From Felis catus (taxonomy: Eukaryota), in assembly GCF_018350175.1 (NCBI RefSeq), contig NC_058368.1:112036001-112100000 (forward strand): a stretch of DNA of 64,000 nucleotides. The letters are read 5' to 3'. This document shows, piece by piece, positions 50,443 to 63,612 of the stretch (its first letter is position 1; every line of letters begins with the position of its first letter). A program made the position numbers and the translations under genes. The notes beneath the pieces were generated by a model. The model did no database searches and was not told where the DNA came from. It worked only from the letters and a program-made list of their open reading frames with translations.

Positions 50443-50444
<2 letters not shown>

Positions 50445-51468
50445 ATAGGTGCCTGCAGCTATTTATGGTCAGGCTGGCTTCTGTGGAAGGGGTACATGCA
50501 ACGTGTGGGGGACACAGAGGTGGGAGGAAATAGAAGCAGGAAACCATTCCTTGAGGGAGTGGAAAATTGGCTGACCCTAGGGATTTCCATATTTATTCTA
50601 TTCACAGTGATTGAGCACCCACTGTGTTCCAGGCTCTGTGCAAGGTGCTGGGGATAAGGTGAACAGAGGAGGGATGCGCCTGTCCCCAAGGGGTTCAGAG
50701 TGTAGTGGGGAAGATGGACATTAATCAGACAACCAGAAATGCACCTGAAATTGCTGCAGAGCTAGATGTGATGAAGGGAAGCTGATGCTATGGGCCTCGC
50801 CAGGGGATCTGACCAGGTGGGGAGGTGGGGATGGCTTCCCAGAGGAAATGTCCACCGGGCTGCAGTCTGAAGGATAAGGAGGAGTTAACCAGGTGGCAAT
50901 GGCAGGGGCCCATTCCTGCCCCCTTGTAGTCTGTGCTCCTCACACAGTGATCTCCTGTAGGTAAACCCCTGCTTAATGCCCTACTGGCTCCTGATTTCAC
51001 CCAGAGTCCAAGCCAGTCCCTGCCAGTGCCCCGTCCCCTCGTGACCATCTGCCATTCTCCCCTTGGCCGTGCTCTACCACAGTGCCTTGTCTTCTCTGTC
51101 AGACATGCCGAGCCTGGCCCCATCTTGGGATCTTGTGCTTGCTGACCCCTCTGCCCAAACTACTGTTCCCCACGTGTTGGCAGGTGGCTCCTCTGTACAG
51201 AAGTCTCAGCCGGAATAGTCACTCTTCAGAGTCAGTCACACCAGCACTCTCACAGTCACTCTCTATGCCACTGGTATATTTTATTTTTACATTGTATGTG
51301 CAACAACCTCACACTGTACTATGTTCAGTTTATTTGGGAGTGTGTTGTGGGTCATCTTCTGGTCTGTTGGTTCCATGAAGGTAGAGTCTCTGTCTTTCTT
51401 GCTCATCCTCAGTAAATCTAGGCTGTGTAGACTACAAGGTCGGGGTCGGGGGTTGGGGGGGAAGAGTA

Positions 51469-51472
<4 letters not shown>

Positions 51473-51514
<42 letters not shown>

Positions 51515-51518
51515 TGTG
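51473..51518. repeat. (TG)n microsatellite
   Basis: Directly visible. Confidence 0.95.
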
Positions 51519-52189
51519 TTTGCGAAGGGAGTGGGTAAGGGTGGCCACGTTCTGAGGAAAGCCAGTTCTTCCCAGTGCATTTGCTTCAGAAAAGTGTTTG
51601 CCGGAGGGAGGAGGAGGTGACTGAGCAGGAGTGTGGGATTCCAGGAAACCCCGCAGGTGTCAGGGCACCACCTCATAGATCCACTGAGCAGGTGGATCCT
51701 AAGTGGTCAAGGCTGGTTTCCTGTCCAGGGAGCGGAGAGACAACACTTCCTGTGGTGAGATCAGTGTGCCTTTCTCTGAGTGTCTCCCCCACCCTGTGGG
51801 ACCCTGGGCAGCCAGTTGCCTCCTCTTTGCTGGCTCTCTTTTAGCACAGTTCTGCATAGTGACCCCCCTCCCCAGGGCCTCATTCTGAGGGAGAGGGGGA
51901 TGCAGGCTGAGGTTTCCTGAGGACAACTCTTGGTTTTATTCTTTATACTTGGAATGGTTAGGGCAGCTGAGCAATTAAGCCTACAGGAAATGGTTCAGGG
52001 GGTAGCCAGGCAGTGTTGAATTAGGCTTCAGGCAGCCTTGTGGAGCAGAGGGGCCCTGACTCCAGTGGGTAACTGAGAGTGTTGTGTGTTCCCCCAAGCA
52101 TGCTACAAGATGCTTGCCGCAAATATGACAGACGAACCATTAGCATTCACCCTGCCATTTATTTATTCAGCACCACCTCACTGGAGACA

Positions 52190-53140
52190 AACATCTTCAC
52201 TATATCAAGAACACAAACAAAGACATTTTCAAAGGAGGCCCTAATAAATAAATGAGCAAAGGACAGACATCAAAGGGCAATTCAGGGGAAAAAGAAAGAA
52301 AAGCAATTATTAACCAACTCATGAAAGAATGTGCATCTTCATTAGCAATCAAGGAAAACCACATTAATGCTGCAGTATCATGGCATTTTGGTTTGGGTCC
52401 TACCAGATAATGAATATTTAAATTTTTAAAATGTTTTATTTTTGAGAAAGAGAGAGAGAGAGAGAGACAGTGAGTATGAGCAGTGGAGGGGCAGAGAGAG
52501 AGAGACACACACACACGGCATCTGAAGCAGGGTCCAGGCTCTGAGCTGTCAGCATAGAGCTTGACATAGGTGTCTTGAACTCACGATGTGAGATCATGAC
52601 CTGAGTTGAAGTTGGATGCTCAACTGATTGAGCCACCCAGGCGCCCCATGAATATTTATTTTAAATAGTAATATCCAAAGCAATTGGATAAAGGGAGGGA
52701 GCAGAACTCAGCATCCCTGGTGGGACTACAAATTGGTACAAGATTTTGAGAAATTATATTTATGGTATGTATCCAGAGTGTTTGAAATAAACTACTTTTT
52801 CCCCGTTAACCCACTTCAGTTCTATTTAAACAGCTGATAAGGGAGAAAGGCTACAGGCAAGTAAGGAGTTAACCTAAAGGCCCAACAATGGGACGTTGGT
52901 TAAGTAAACAGTGAAAGCTCTGAATGAAATATTATACTGGTGTAAAGACTCCTGATTATAGAATCTGTGGAATTTCGCAGAGTAAATGCTTATGCAGTAA
53001 GGAGAGACAACACAAGGTCGTGTAAACACCGTGATTGCAAATATTTAAGGCAGCAACCGCTATGTAAAGCATGGCAAAGTAAGAGATACAAACATCGCCC
53101 TCTTTGAGTGGTGGGACTTTGGGCATCTTGTAAAGGGTTC
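52190..53140 (+). mobile_element. Ancient L1 (L1M-type) 3' fragment, interrupted by a Can-SINE
   Basis: ATGAAAGAATGTGCATCTTCATTAGCAATCAAGGAAA, TGGTGGGACTACAAATTGGTACAA, CCAACAATGGGA..TGGTTAAGTAAA. Confidence 0.6.
52421..52647 (-). mobile_element. Can-SINE
   Basis: TSD ATGAATATTTA at 52410-52420 and 52648-52658. Confidence 0.9.
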
Positions 53141-54094
53141 CCTACTTGCTTTCCAGTTTGTTTGAATGTTCTTAGTATGAAAGGGACTCAAGAGCATTCA
53201 GATGAGGCGGTGCGGCCTAGGGAAGTCTTAGCTCCACTTTGTGGGACAGTAGGCTCTCCTGCCCTGCGGCCGGCACTGCACAAGCAGCACGTACCTACCG
53301 TTCTTGGTGGTGTGGGTGAGGCCCGTGATGAGGGCTCGTGCCCCGTCTTCACAGCTGTCCATACTTTTCGCAGCACAGCTCGCTGGCCTGTCCCCGCAGG
53401 CCTCACCCGGCCTAGTCCTGCTTTGTGTCCTCCTTCTCTAACCATTCCTGCTTCATGTTCACAGCAGGGTGCTGGCCTCTCCCCCAGGCCTCTGGGAAGG
53501 GAGCCCTGTCTCCTGACATGGGTCCTGGGAGCTGCCTCTCACCGGTTGCACTGTAGCCGAGTCCCCCGTCCCTCCAGCCACACCCTCTCTTCCTCAGTTT
53601 CTTAAAAACTGCAACTCAAGCTCCTTTGCTGTCTATCTGTTCCATCTGAAGGCTTCTGCCCCGGCCGTTGGCCAGGTTGATCGCTGCTTTGCCTTCTTAA
53701 CCTGCAAAGATGTCATTTCACAGGGAAGCCTTCCCAGACCATGCACACCTGCCCCTCCCTTACCCTGTCCCGATCTGGGAGAGGTTACTGTTGTCGGCCT
53801 TCATGGTCTATAGACCCATTTCTCTTTGGCACCACTCCACACACCTACAAAGGTTCATTCAAGGTTTTCCCATCCGTCCATGCGCTTCAGAGGACCTTCT
53901 TGTCCTAGCATGAATCCAGGGCCTGCCCCACAGCAGGTGCTGAATGAATGAGTGAATGAGTGATGAACAAATTACTGTAGATCACCGTTTACCGCAGTCT
54001 GGTGATTAGAGTCAGACTTCTTGGTTTAGAATCCTAGTCTACCACAGTGTGCCTCCCTGTGCCTTTGCTTCCTTACCTGTAAAAAGAGGATAGC

Positions 54095-54308
54095 GGGGCA
54101 CCTGGGGGGCTCAGTCAGTTAAGGGTCCGACTTTGGCTCAGGTCGTGATCTCATGGTTTGTGAGTTTGAGCCCCGTGTCGGGCTTCTGTGTGGACTTCCC
54201 AGAGCCTGGATCCTACTTTGAGTGCTGTATCTCTCTTCTCTCTCTGCCCTCCCCTGCTCATGCTCTCTCTCTCTCTTAAAAATAAATAAACATTAAGAGG
54301 TTAGAAAA
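54095..54308 (+). mobile_element. Can-SINE inserted into a MIR (about 54005-54420)
   Basis: TSD AAAAAGAGGATAG at 54081-54093 and 54309-54321. The MIR core is split across the insertion. Confidence 0.9.
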
Positions 54309-54574
54309 AAAAAGAGGATAGTAAAAATAATAGGACTGTGGTGGGGATTAAATGAGCTGATACAGGACAAGGATACAGCGCAACGTCTTGTCACATAGCA
54401 AATGCTCCACACATGTCCGCTCTAATTTTTACTATTATTATTAAATCTCCTAGGCTCACTCCCTTATCTGTAGGTTTGCTTGCTAATTCCTCTTGCTTTA
54501 TATTTGTGAAATGCTTTTATAGCACTTAACTCTGGGTCAAGGATTATTGTGAGTGCTATAGAAATATTAATTAA

Positions 54575-54808
54575 TTTATTATTTGTTTAAAAAAAATTTT
54601 TTTTTCAACGTTTATTTATTTTTGGGACAGAGAGAGACAGAGCATGAATGGGCGAGGGGCAGAGAGAGAGGGAGACACAGAATCGGAAACAGGCTCCAGG
54701 CTCTGAGCCATCAGCCCAGAGCCCGACGCGGGGCTCGAACTCACGGACCGCGAGATCGTGACCTGGCTGAAGCCGGACGCTTAACCGACTGCGCCACCCA
54801 GGCACCCC
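54575..54808 (-). mobile_element. Can-SINE (SINEC_Fc-like), young
   Basis: CpG-rich body ending GCGCCACCCAGGCACCCC. TSD GAAATATTAATT. Confidence 0.92.
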
Positions 54809-55121
54809 GAAATATTAATTTATTGAATCATCATAACCACGTTAGGGTAGGTACCCCCCATCTGTTAAATGGCACGGAGACACAGAGAAGGTAAGCAACT
54901 TGCCAAGATAAGTGGCAGGTGGCAGAGCTGATCTTCACCTGGAAGCAGTCTGGCTATAGAATTCTGCTCAGGACAGCCATATGCTGCCCCCTGGGAGGAG
55001 GGACCAGGGGAACACGCTCCATTTTTTGCTCAGGCCTCCCCACTGCTTTCCTTGCCCTGTGCTGCTGACATCTGATCTTCAGCTCCTGTCCCTGAAGGGT
55101 GTCCCAGAGTTCCCATCCAGT

Positions 55122-55287
55122 TAGGGTTGCCAGATTTCGCATGATGCCCATGCAATATTTGGAGACACACTTATACTAAAAGTATACTCTTTATCTGAAA
55201 TTGAAAGTTAACTGAGCTTTCTGCATTTTATTTTATGTTTCTCTATTTATTTGAGAGAAACAGAGACAGTGTGAGTGGGGGAGGGGC

Positions 55288-55334
<47 letters not shown>

Positions 55335-55453
55335 TGGGGCTCGAACTCATGAAACCGTGAGATTATGACCTGAGCTGAAATCAAGAGTCAGATGCTTAAC
55401 CAGCTGAGCCACCCAGGTGCCCAAGCTTTTCTGTACTTTAAATGGCCACCCTA
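55122..55453. mobile_element. hAT MITE (MER53-like) with a nested, internally deleted Can-SINE (about 55228-55422, minus)
   Basis: TIRs TAGGGTTGCCA ... TGGCCACCCTA. Degenerate 8-bp TSD CATCCAGT/CATTCAGC. Internal GCAATATTTGG..ACTTATACTAAAA..TTTATCTGAAATT. Confidence 0.7.
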
Positions 55454-56624
55454 CATTCAGCATCAGGGGCTGCACCGTGGTTTGGGGCCAGCCTCCATCA
55501 AATGGTGGTCTCAGACACACAGACATGGAGCCCCCTCGGGTCTGCCATGGGTAGGGCTGGGAGGGGAAGGATAGGCACACTTATGAACCCTCTTGTGGGG
55601 CAAAGTTGGCATTCAGGCCCTAGCAGAGGAGAGGAAGACACAAACTGAAAAGTCAGGCATCAAGGAGGAGAGTTCAGGTGGAGGCAACAGTTTAAGGTAC
55701 TGCTCCAGGAAGGGGGAGGTCAAGGGCAGCTAGTCAAGAGGACACTGTGGGGTAAGGCAGGGATCTGGCCGGGGAGAGCAGAGGGCTGGATATGTGAACA
55801 AGGTCCATACTGTGCAAGGCCTTGGGCTTCGTCACCTAGGTGAAGAGGACCCCCTGAACCCTTTAAGCAGGAGGGTCTGGTGAGTAGGTTTTTGCCTCTT
55901 AGGAAGATCTCTGAGGCTGCTGGTGAAGGAGGCGTGACAGAGAGGGAGTTGGAAGGCCAGAGAAACCTTGGTCAGGGAAGTCCTAGACCAAAGGACCAGG
56001 AATAAACACTTTGTCTCCTTATTCCTGAATTTTTTTGCCTTCTTCTGCAAAACCTGACACAGACGGAAAGGGAAAGATGGTTCAGTTCCCTTTCTTACAG
56101 AAAGGGATGTGTTTGCAGTGTTGGTATTTTTTATTTCTACCATCTCTTCTGTGAGTGGGTCTCTAGCACCCAGAGAAAGGAGCACAGAGGAAGGAGGCAG
56201 TGATTTGGTTTGGGGTGGGTGAGTTTCTAATTCATTTCTGAATCAGTGTCTTAGGCAGATATAAAAGGACAGGCTCAAAGGCATTGCTCAGAGGATTTAC
56301 CTGCCAGGTGAACATTTAGCTTTAATTAATCTTGTATGAAGAAAACTTTTCAACCAACCGTCTGAGAGGCATTGCAAAAATTCTGTCTTAGCAACTAGTC
56401 ATTGCTTCTGAACATGACCAGGTTCCTAATGGTGAACGATTTAAGACTGTAAAAGAATTGTCATAAACAGCTCCCCGGAGCCAAGAGCACGGCCCAGATT
56501 TTAAGCACATAATGGAATCATATCAAAAGCAAGGAGGGGCAGCAGGACCCATAAATCCTTGAAGTGCAGAATCTGTCCATTGTGAAACTTGTGAGGAAGG
56601 GAAACCAGATGTGGATGTTGGAGA

Positions 56625-56950
56625 GGGGCAGCAGGGAGGGGGCAGGCTGGAGGGTGGGTGTGCAGGTGGGGGCAGGCAGGAGGGAGGGGGTAGAAGGGAA
56701 GCAGGTGAGGAGGGCAGGCAGGAGGGAAGGGGTAGAAGGGAAGCAGATGGGGGGAGGAGAGAGGGGGGAGAAGGGAAGCAGGTGGGGGGCAGGGGGGAAG
56801 GGGTAGAAGGGAAGCAGGTGGGGGGAGGAGAGAGGGGGGAGAAGGGAAGCAGGTGGGGGGCAGGGGGGAAGGGGTAGAAGGGAAGCAGGTTGGGGGGGCA
56901 GGCAGGAGGGAGGGGGTCGAAGGGAAGCAGGTAGGGGGCAGGCAGGAGCT
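56625..56950. repeat. G-rich polypurine minisatellite (35-42 bp units)
   Basis: Core (A/C)GAAGGGAAGCAG at 56692, 56734, 56769, 56805, 56840, 56876 and 56918. Confidence 0.9.
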
Positions 56951-58185
56951 GGCAAGGGGAGTTGGGGAGGGGATGGATGGGCTGGAGGGAAAGGGAGGGG
57001 ACCGTCTGGGCTGAAGGTGGAGGAGAGGGCTCCGTGTGACTGGAGGTGCCTCCCACAGCACTGGCAGAGGTGGAGTCCAGGTTCAGGCCATGGAGCAGGG
57101 CAGGCTTGCCCTGTTTGCGGTGGCCGGGAGGTCCAGCTTCAAAGGGAAGAGGCAGAGACTGAAAGGTTACCATGCTTGTGGCTGCTTCTTCAGCTGGACC
57201 GACAGAAGTATTTTATAAGCTTTTCCTGAAATTTTGTCTTTGAAGACAACATTTGAAGCAGTTTTTTAACAGTATATTTGAAACACCACGCAAAGACTAA
57301 AAGACTAATTTTGTTTATCTTGTAGAAGAGTAACACATGTGGGAATCCCTTTGGATTGGGGTGAAAAGTATGCTTGCCCCAGTGGTCCTTCTTGGCTTGA
57401 GACGGAGGGTTTATTTTATTCTGCTGTGCACAGTCCTTTGAAAACATCAAGGTGAACCCTTGCCGAGCACCCTGTCTGTTGCCAGGGCTGCGGGGGCTGC
57501 AGAGATGTGGGCAGCAACCCAGTGTGTGGGCAGTGAAGGGGACCAAAGGCCAGCAGGCTGGGAAGAGTCCTTTAAATGGGTTCCAGACATGAGTTCTGGG
57601 ACTTCAGAGGGTGGCTAGGGACAGTCACATCCAGCCAGGGTTGCAGGGGAGCTTGAAATGGACCTGGAAGGAGGAGAGAGATTTACCCAGGTAGAGAAGG
57701 GGGAGCGAAAGCTAAGCCACAGGAACTGAACACCAGAACAGCCTGGAGGCCAGAAAGTGTGTGGTGAGTCTGGGAGTAGCTGGTTCCCTGAAAAGATAGA
57801 TGAGGGTTGTGGGCAACGGGGCCGCTGGGGAGAACCTTGGAAGCTGGTGTCAGGAACTTGTATTTAACTTACTGGAAAATTGAATTTGATGCTTAGGTCT
57901 GTTTGACACCATTACAACTCCCATTTCTTTAAAAAAAATTTAACAACCTCTGCAAACAAAACAGCTATCTTATTCCCAAAACAGTATGGTGGTGCTGAAG
58001 AGAAAAAAGGGTACCGTGGAACTGTCCACCCTGCCAAGGGTCAGTTCTGGCTGTGCCTGTGCAGAGACTTTCACAAAATTACAGTCGTACTGTACTATCC
58101 ATGTGTCCTTGTCTTCCTTTGGTCCACGTTACTTTATGACTTCCCCTCTTTGCTCCATTAATCCCCACTTTAAATGGCCTAGGGA

Positions 58186-58349
58186 GGGGCGCCTGGGTGA
58201 CTCCTTGGGTTAAGCGTCCGATTTTGGCCCAGGTCATGATCTCATGGTTCCTGAGTTCAAGCCCCGCATTGGGCTCTATGCTGACAGCTCAGAGCCTGGA
58301 GCCTGCTTGTGATTCTGTGTCTCCCTCTATCTCTGCCCTTCCCCCAGTT

Positions 58350-58394
<45 letters not shown>

Positions 58395-58420
58395 AATAAA
58401 CAAACATTACTAAAAAAAAA
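58186..58420 (+). mobile_element. Can-SINE
   Basis: GGGGCGCCTGGGTG head, (CT)n, A tail. TSD includes GGCCTAGGGA. Confidence 0.9.
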
Positions 58421-61409
58421 GGCCTAGGGAGGCTTAAAACGACCCTGGGGTAAAATACAGACTTTCTGAAATATGAACAGTTTCCACATTAGTGGTTTAA
58501 GTTTGGGTTCTCCAAACGTTTCTCTAGCTTGTACCTGCTGTGGGTCAGAGATTCCTTGGGGCTGGCTCTCCCATTTCACTCAACCACACGCTCTTATTGG
58601 GCCAAGAAAAATGAGCTCGTGTTACCGTGCTCAGGTTCCTGGCAGACCACTGGTGTGATAAAGACCATGCGGCAGGACAGGGATTAATGGCAGGGCTCTA
58701 GGATGACCTCTTCCCTCTTCCAGACACTGGACTCGGTCCATTAGTTGCCGTAGATCAATCCTCCAAAAGTCAATATGCTGAAGGACCAAGATACTGAAAT
58801 ATCAGTTATCAAAATTTGGTTTCTGTTCGTCCCTAATGACATTTATGGGCATTTGGTTCTTGCCAAGGCTGCCCATTTGGTGGTTATGTTTTGGTATATG
58901 GTGGTTTGACATGCTCTCATGTATTTTGAATTTTGGATGTCTTGGGTATTGCAAAAAGAAAGATTTTATAGATGGATTTGCAGTCCAGTCTCTTGGTTTT
59001 CCTGACTCTGTATATTCCCAAATTTGTTTAGTGAGAGCTGAGAGGGACTGCCTTTCTGGGAATGCCTGGAGAGGAGGGATTTGGGGTGTTCTCACCCAGG
59101 GCTTGCACGTACCCATTCCATACCCATAGCAAGACAAACTCCTTTTAAGGAAAGGCCGTCCCTGGGATACAAGGCCCCTAACATGGAAGAGCTTCACGAA
59201 CCTGACTTTCCTTGGGCTGGACCTCTCACCTTCCCCTCCTCCCACCCACCTGCAGTAGGGCCAGCCTGGGATTCTGCCACTGGAGAGGGGTGAAGAGCTG
59301 GAGGAGGGGCCTGTCCGACTCCATCCCTACCTGCAGCCTGGGCTCTGGCCAGCCTTTTGGGCCTGGGAACTGTTCTGTGATCCATGAATGCCTTTGCTCT
59401 GTGTCTGGGTCTGTAAAACTGCTTGGAGCCCCCAAGAATGCATCACACTCCCCTCTCAAAGTCACCCTTTATTTGTAGATTTTTTTTTTTTTTTTTTAAT
59501 GAAGGCACCTGGTTCCCTTAAGCTCAGGGCTTCTCAGAGGGCCCAGGGCCTGAGCTAGTGGAGGGGAACACAGCCCCTGCCGGGGGACTGTAAAGCTTGA
59601 GCATTTCCAGGGCTGCTGCCGGCCCACCCCACCCCCACCCCAACACCTGCACTGAGGCCCACAGTGTTCCATCCTGTGAAGGCGGGTGGGAGGCTTTGCC
59701 AGAAAGACAATAGCCTGGCTTTGTGGGAGCACCGCAGATTCAGACATTCTCTGGGCCTCGGGTGGGGGCGGCCGCAGAGGGCATTCGCTGCAGGCCTGCT
59801 GTGTGCTGGGCCTCGTGTACTGGTTCTTCACAGATACTGTCCCTTCGAACTGTCAGCCAAGCCCAATGGGCAGCCCACTCTCCATTGGCAGAGAGAATAG
59901 ACGACCTTTCTGAAGTCGCCCAGCTTGGGGGCAGACGTGGACTGTGAGCTCACATCTCGACTCCGAGGCCTGTGCACTGCCACAGGCTTTATACTGGCCC
60001 CCCAGCACCACCTGCTGCTCTGGCAGGAGCCTCCGGGATGTGCAGGTGATGACTGCCTTGTCTCCCAAGTTGTCCCCTGCCCGTCAGGTACCTGTGATTT
60101 TGCTAGGAGACTGCACTTCTCTGGGCAAAGGCATGGCCTCCCCTGGTGATGATGTAAGTGCAAAGCATTACATACGCTGTCATACCCTGCCCTGCAGCCA
60201 TTTTTGTGCCACCTGCAGGGTGGGCATTCTGATCCCCCTTTGGGAGACGGAGAAACTGAGGCCCAGAGCAGAGAAAGGACTTATGCCCAGATGTTTGCCT
60301 ATTGCCTAGTATGCTGCCGGGCATGTCAGTGTTCTTGGGGTGGTTCTTCTGTGGGACGGAGGGTGACTACGGCCCACGCTTGCCTGTCACAGCCGCCTCC
60401 CTCGGCCTTTCTCTGATTTTGGTGGCAGCTGTGTTGGGCGGTTCCACCTCACCTGTCCCTGCCTCAGGCCACCTCAAGTGCTCCATGCGTCCTGTTGCTT
60501 TCTCCCCCAGAGCCTTCTCCAGGCCTATAGGAGCTCCTGTTGCCATTATGCCAGGACATCCTGGAAACCTGGAAGAGTGGGTGGCCAGTTGACCCGTCTG
60601 GGGGCAAATGCCACCCAATGGGGCGTGGGAATGGGTGGACTAACGCTTGGCTCTGCCAGTCAGAAGTGTGTGTCTGGGGGGCGCTGTCCACGTTTTCAGA
60701 GACCTCAGCACGATGGAGCCCCTACTGCCTACATCTGTGACCTTGATAACACACTTTATAGTCATCTTTCTCCTCCAGTCTCACTCCTCCCTTCCTCTTG
60801 CGTCCTGGGATTCCTTCTAAAGAAGCCACTCATACCCATGTCCCCATGGCAGGCTCTGTGAGGGGAAAACCTAAACTAAGACCCCCTCCCCCACTGCCAA
60901 CCCAACCCTCCTTTTCAGGGCCAGGGGAATCTCCTGGGACCAGACACTTAGAATATGTAGGGTGCTTGGAAACCATGTAGGGTCGGCACGTGTTAGAGCC
61001 GAAACTGAGGCCCAGCTGTTCAGATCTGTGGTGTGTTCTCAATGAGGGATGTGCGACTAAGCCCAGCTGACCAGGAACAGACACTGTCTGTGGTTCCAGG
61101 AATGTTCTTTTACTCCTGAACACGTTTGACTTTGTCCTGTCCCTGAAGGTCCGCTGTTAGTTGTTCACACCTTTGGCAGGTAGTAAGTGCTCATCAAACA
61201 CATGCTGAGGCACGGTGGCTCCAGAATGGATCTGTCACAGTGTCCACTGCTCAGTGCAGACCATCACAGACAGGGGCATGTCGGGGGCTCAGCCGGCGGG
61301 GCCAGAGGGCACGGGATGTGGGAGGAAACAGACATGGGAAATGGATGGGCCGTGGAGAGGAAAGCTGCAGGGTGTGGCGTGCTGTGAGAGGAGGAAGAAG
61401 GCACGCTGG

Positions 61410-61676
61410 GAGTGAGGGAGGGAGTGAGAGTGTTAGTGTGCGTGTGAGTGTGTGAGAAGGAGCATGTGTGAGTAGATGTGGGCGTGCTTTGAGTGTGTGA
61501 GCCTGGACAAGCGTGAGTGTATGTGGGTTGTGAGTGTGTACAGTGTGAAGGTCTCTGAGTGGGTGAGAGTGAGTGTGCAGGTGTGTGTGGGTTGTTGTAT
61601 GAGTGTGAGCATCTATGTGTGAGTGGGTGTGTTGTGAGTGTGTGTGCGTGTGTCTGTGTGTGTGTTAGAGAGAGAA

Positions 61677-61707
<31 letters not shown>

Positions 61708-61710
61708 ATA
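61410..61710. repeat. Degenerate (GT/GA)n low-complexity tract
   Basis: Directly visible. Confidence 0.8.
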
Positions 61711-63399
61711 CACATGTGCCCTGAAATGGTCTAGCCATGGCCCTGGGAAGTTAGAATGAAGGCACTGGGAGTTTGGAGAAGAGCTGGTTCCCATACAGAT
61801 GCTAGAGAGTGGAGGGCAGATGTTAGGGGCTTCTAGACACTCTGAAGGCACCAGAGGCACCAGTACCTACAGCAGAACTCTCTGAGAGAGCACGGTGGGG
61901 GACAGGGAGGGAGGAAGAGTCGTGGTGTAAACATCCTACTCCTGACAGAAATGCCCGTCACCTGGTCATTGCCCAGGGTCCTGGAGCTCCAGCGGTGAGC
62001 CGGAACCCAGCAGGACCCCAGGGGAGTGCCCAGGGGCACAGGTCCAAGGGCTCAGAGTGCTGCCATCTAGGCTCTCCAGGTTGCCCAGAAGGAGCCGTTT
62101 CATCAGCTCTGCTGTTTCCTCATTCTTCCTCCTCTTCTCTCATCCGCCAGTTCCCTCCTTTTCTGCTCACAGCTGGTGTAGTCCTCAGTGTCCTCCGTAT
62201 GCCCCAGGCAGAAGCCAGGGCTTCTCCATCTTGGATCCACAGGCTCAAGCACACAGCAGGCCCTTAGCAACAGGCTGCTTGACCGATGGGCCTGATTGCT
62301 TTGTTCCTGCAGTGGAACATCAGCTGGCTGTCTATTCTGTGACCGAGTGTCAACCTCTGTGACAACCTATGTGTGCTAACCTCAGGTCAACACTCAGCAG
62401 GTACATATTAGAAATAATACTATTTCTAATCTCTGGCAGATCCCATCCAGAGCAGAAAATTAAAGGGGATTTGATGGATCTAGGGAAGCATTTGCACTTG
62501 ATTAAGCAGCATCTGCAATTTCCGGCACCATAGACGAAGTTCCAAGGGGTTCTTCCAAGAGGCAGGTGGAGGACGGCATCTTAGACTGATGAGCTAAAAG
62601 TATTGCAGTGGCCCATTTCTGTGGGATCACGACAACCGGGCTTTGAGAGGTAGTCCTCACTCCAAATATTTTGTCCCTGTTTTAAATATTGGTCAGACCT
62701 TGTACCCAGATTGTGGGTCTTGGAGATGGGATCTCCATGCCTCTGAAGTCGGATCATCTCTGCAGTGACTCAGACCCCATTTCCAAATGGTCCCTGGGGA
62801 GATACCTGGAGTCCTCCATCTTTAGACAGTGCCATTCTGGTGAGTCCTCTCATTCCCTCACCCAGCTCCACCCTGTGTAGTCCCTGTCACCTGTCCCATT
62901 TGGAGACAAGATTGTATGGGCCGGGCTGGGTGTTGCTGAAGTCTCCTGGGCACTGTTCCCATTGTATGCCACCTGGAGTTGTGTGACATCGTAACCTTGC
63001 TCAGCCTCCTGGAGTTCAGAGCTGCTGAGGGTTCTACACTGGATGGGAAGACTCCCACTGGACAGACACTGCTGACCAGGAACATAGAGCTACCAGTGAA
63101 TGAACACAATTGACTGGAGACATAGGGCTAACAGTGGGCATATACCATTGGCCAGAGACAAAGAGATGTCAATAGGTAGATACTGTTGACCAGGGATTCC
63201 AAGGGTTGAATGCTTCTGGTGGTCAGAAGCATCTTCCCATCAGGGTTACCCATCTATGGAGCTCCCTCATGGCAAGTTAGGAAAGCTGTCATGTCCCTCA
63301 CCTTGAAAATGTCAGAGTTTTGTTGGGCAGTCATGACATCCACGGGGCCTGTGGGCCTGTGGTATGGTGGCAGCAGAAGAGGGAGTCGAGAGAGCAGGG

Positions 63400-63612
63400 G
63401 CTTTGGACTGAGATGGGCTTGGGTATAAATCCTGGCTCTACCTGTTTTTAGCTAGGTGACCTCTCTGAGCCTCTGTTTCCTCATCTGTAAGTTTGGCATA
63501 ATGACCATGATATCTACCTCATACTGATATTGTGAGGATTACATGAATCACTGATAAAGTGCGTGACATAGCGACTGGCACATAGTAAACTCTGCATAAA
63601 TGTTAGCTTTCA
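63400..63612 (+). mobile_element. MIR
   Basis: AAATCCTGGCTCTACC..CTCTCTGAGCCTCTGTTTCCTCATCTGTAA..TTGTGAGGATTA..TGGCACATAGTAA. Confidence 0.75.

Noticed and set aside
56692..56930. Regularly spaced repeats as a CRISPR-like array
   Set aside because: The spacers are themselves repetitive G runs, the context is mammalian, and no cas genes are present.
56501..57173. Pro-rich repetitive ORFs of 145-216 aa
   Set aside because: Translations of the G-rich minisatellite.
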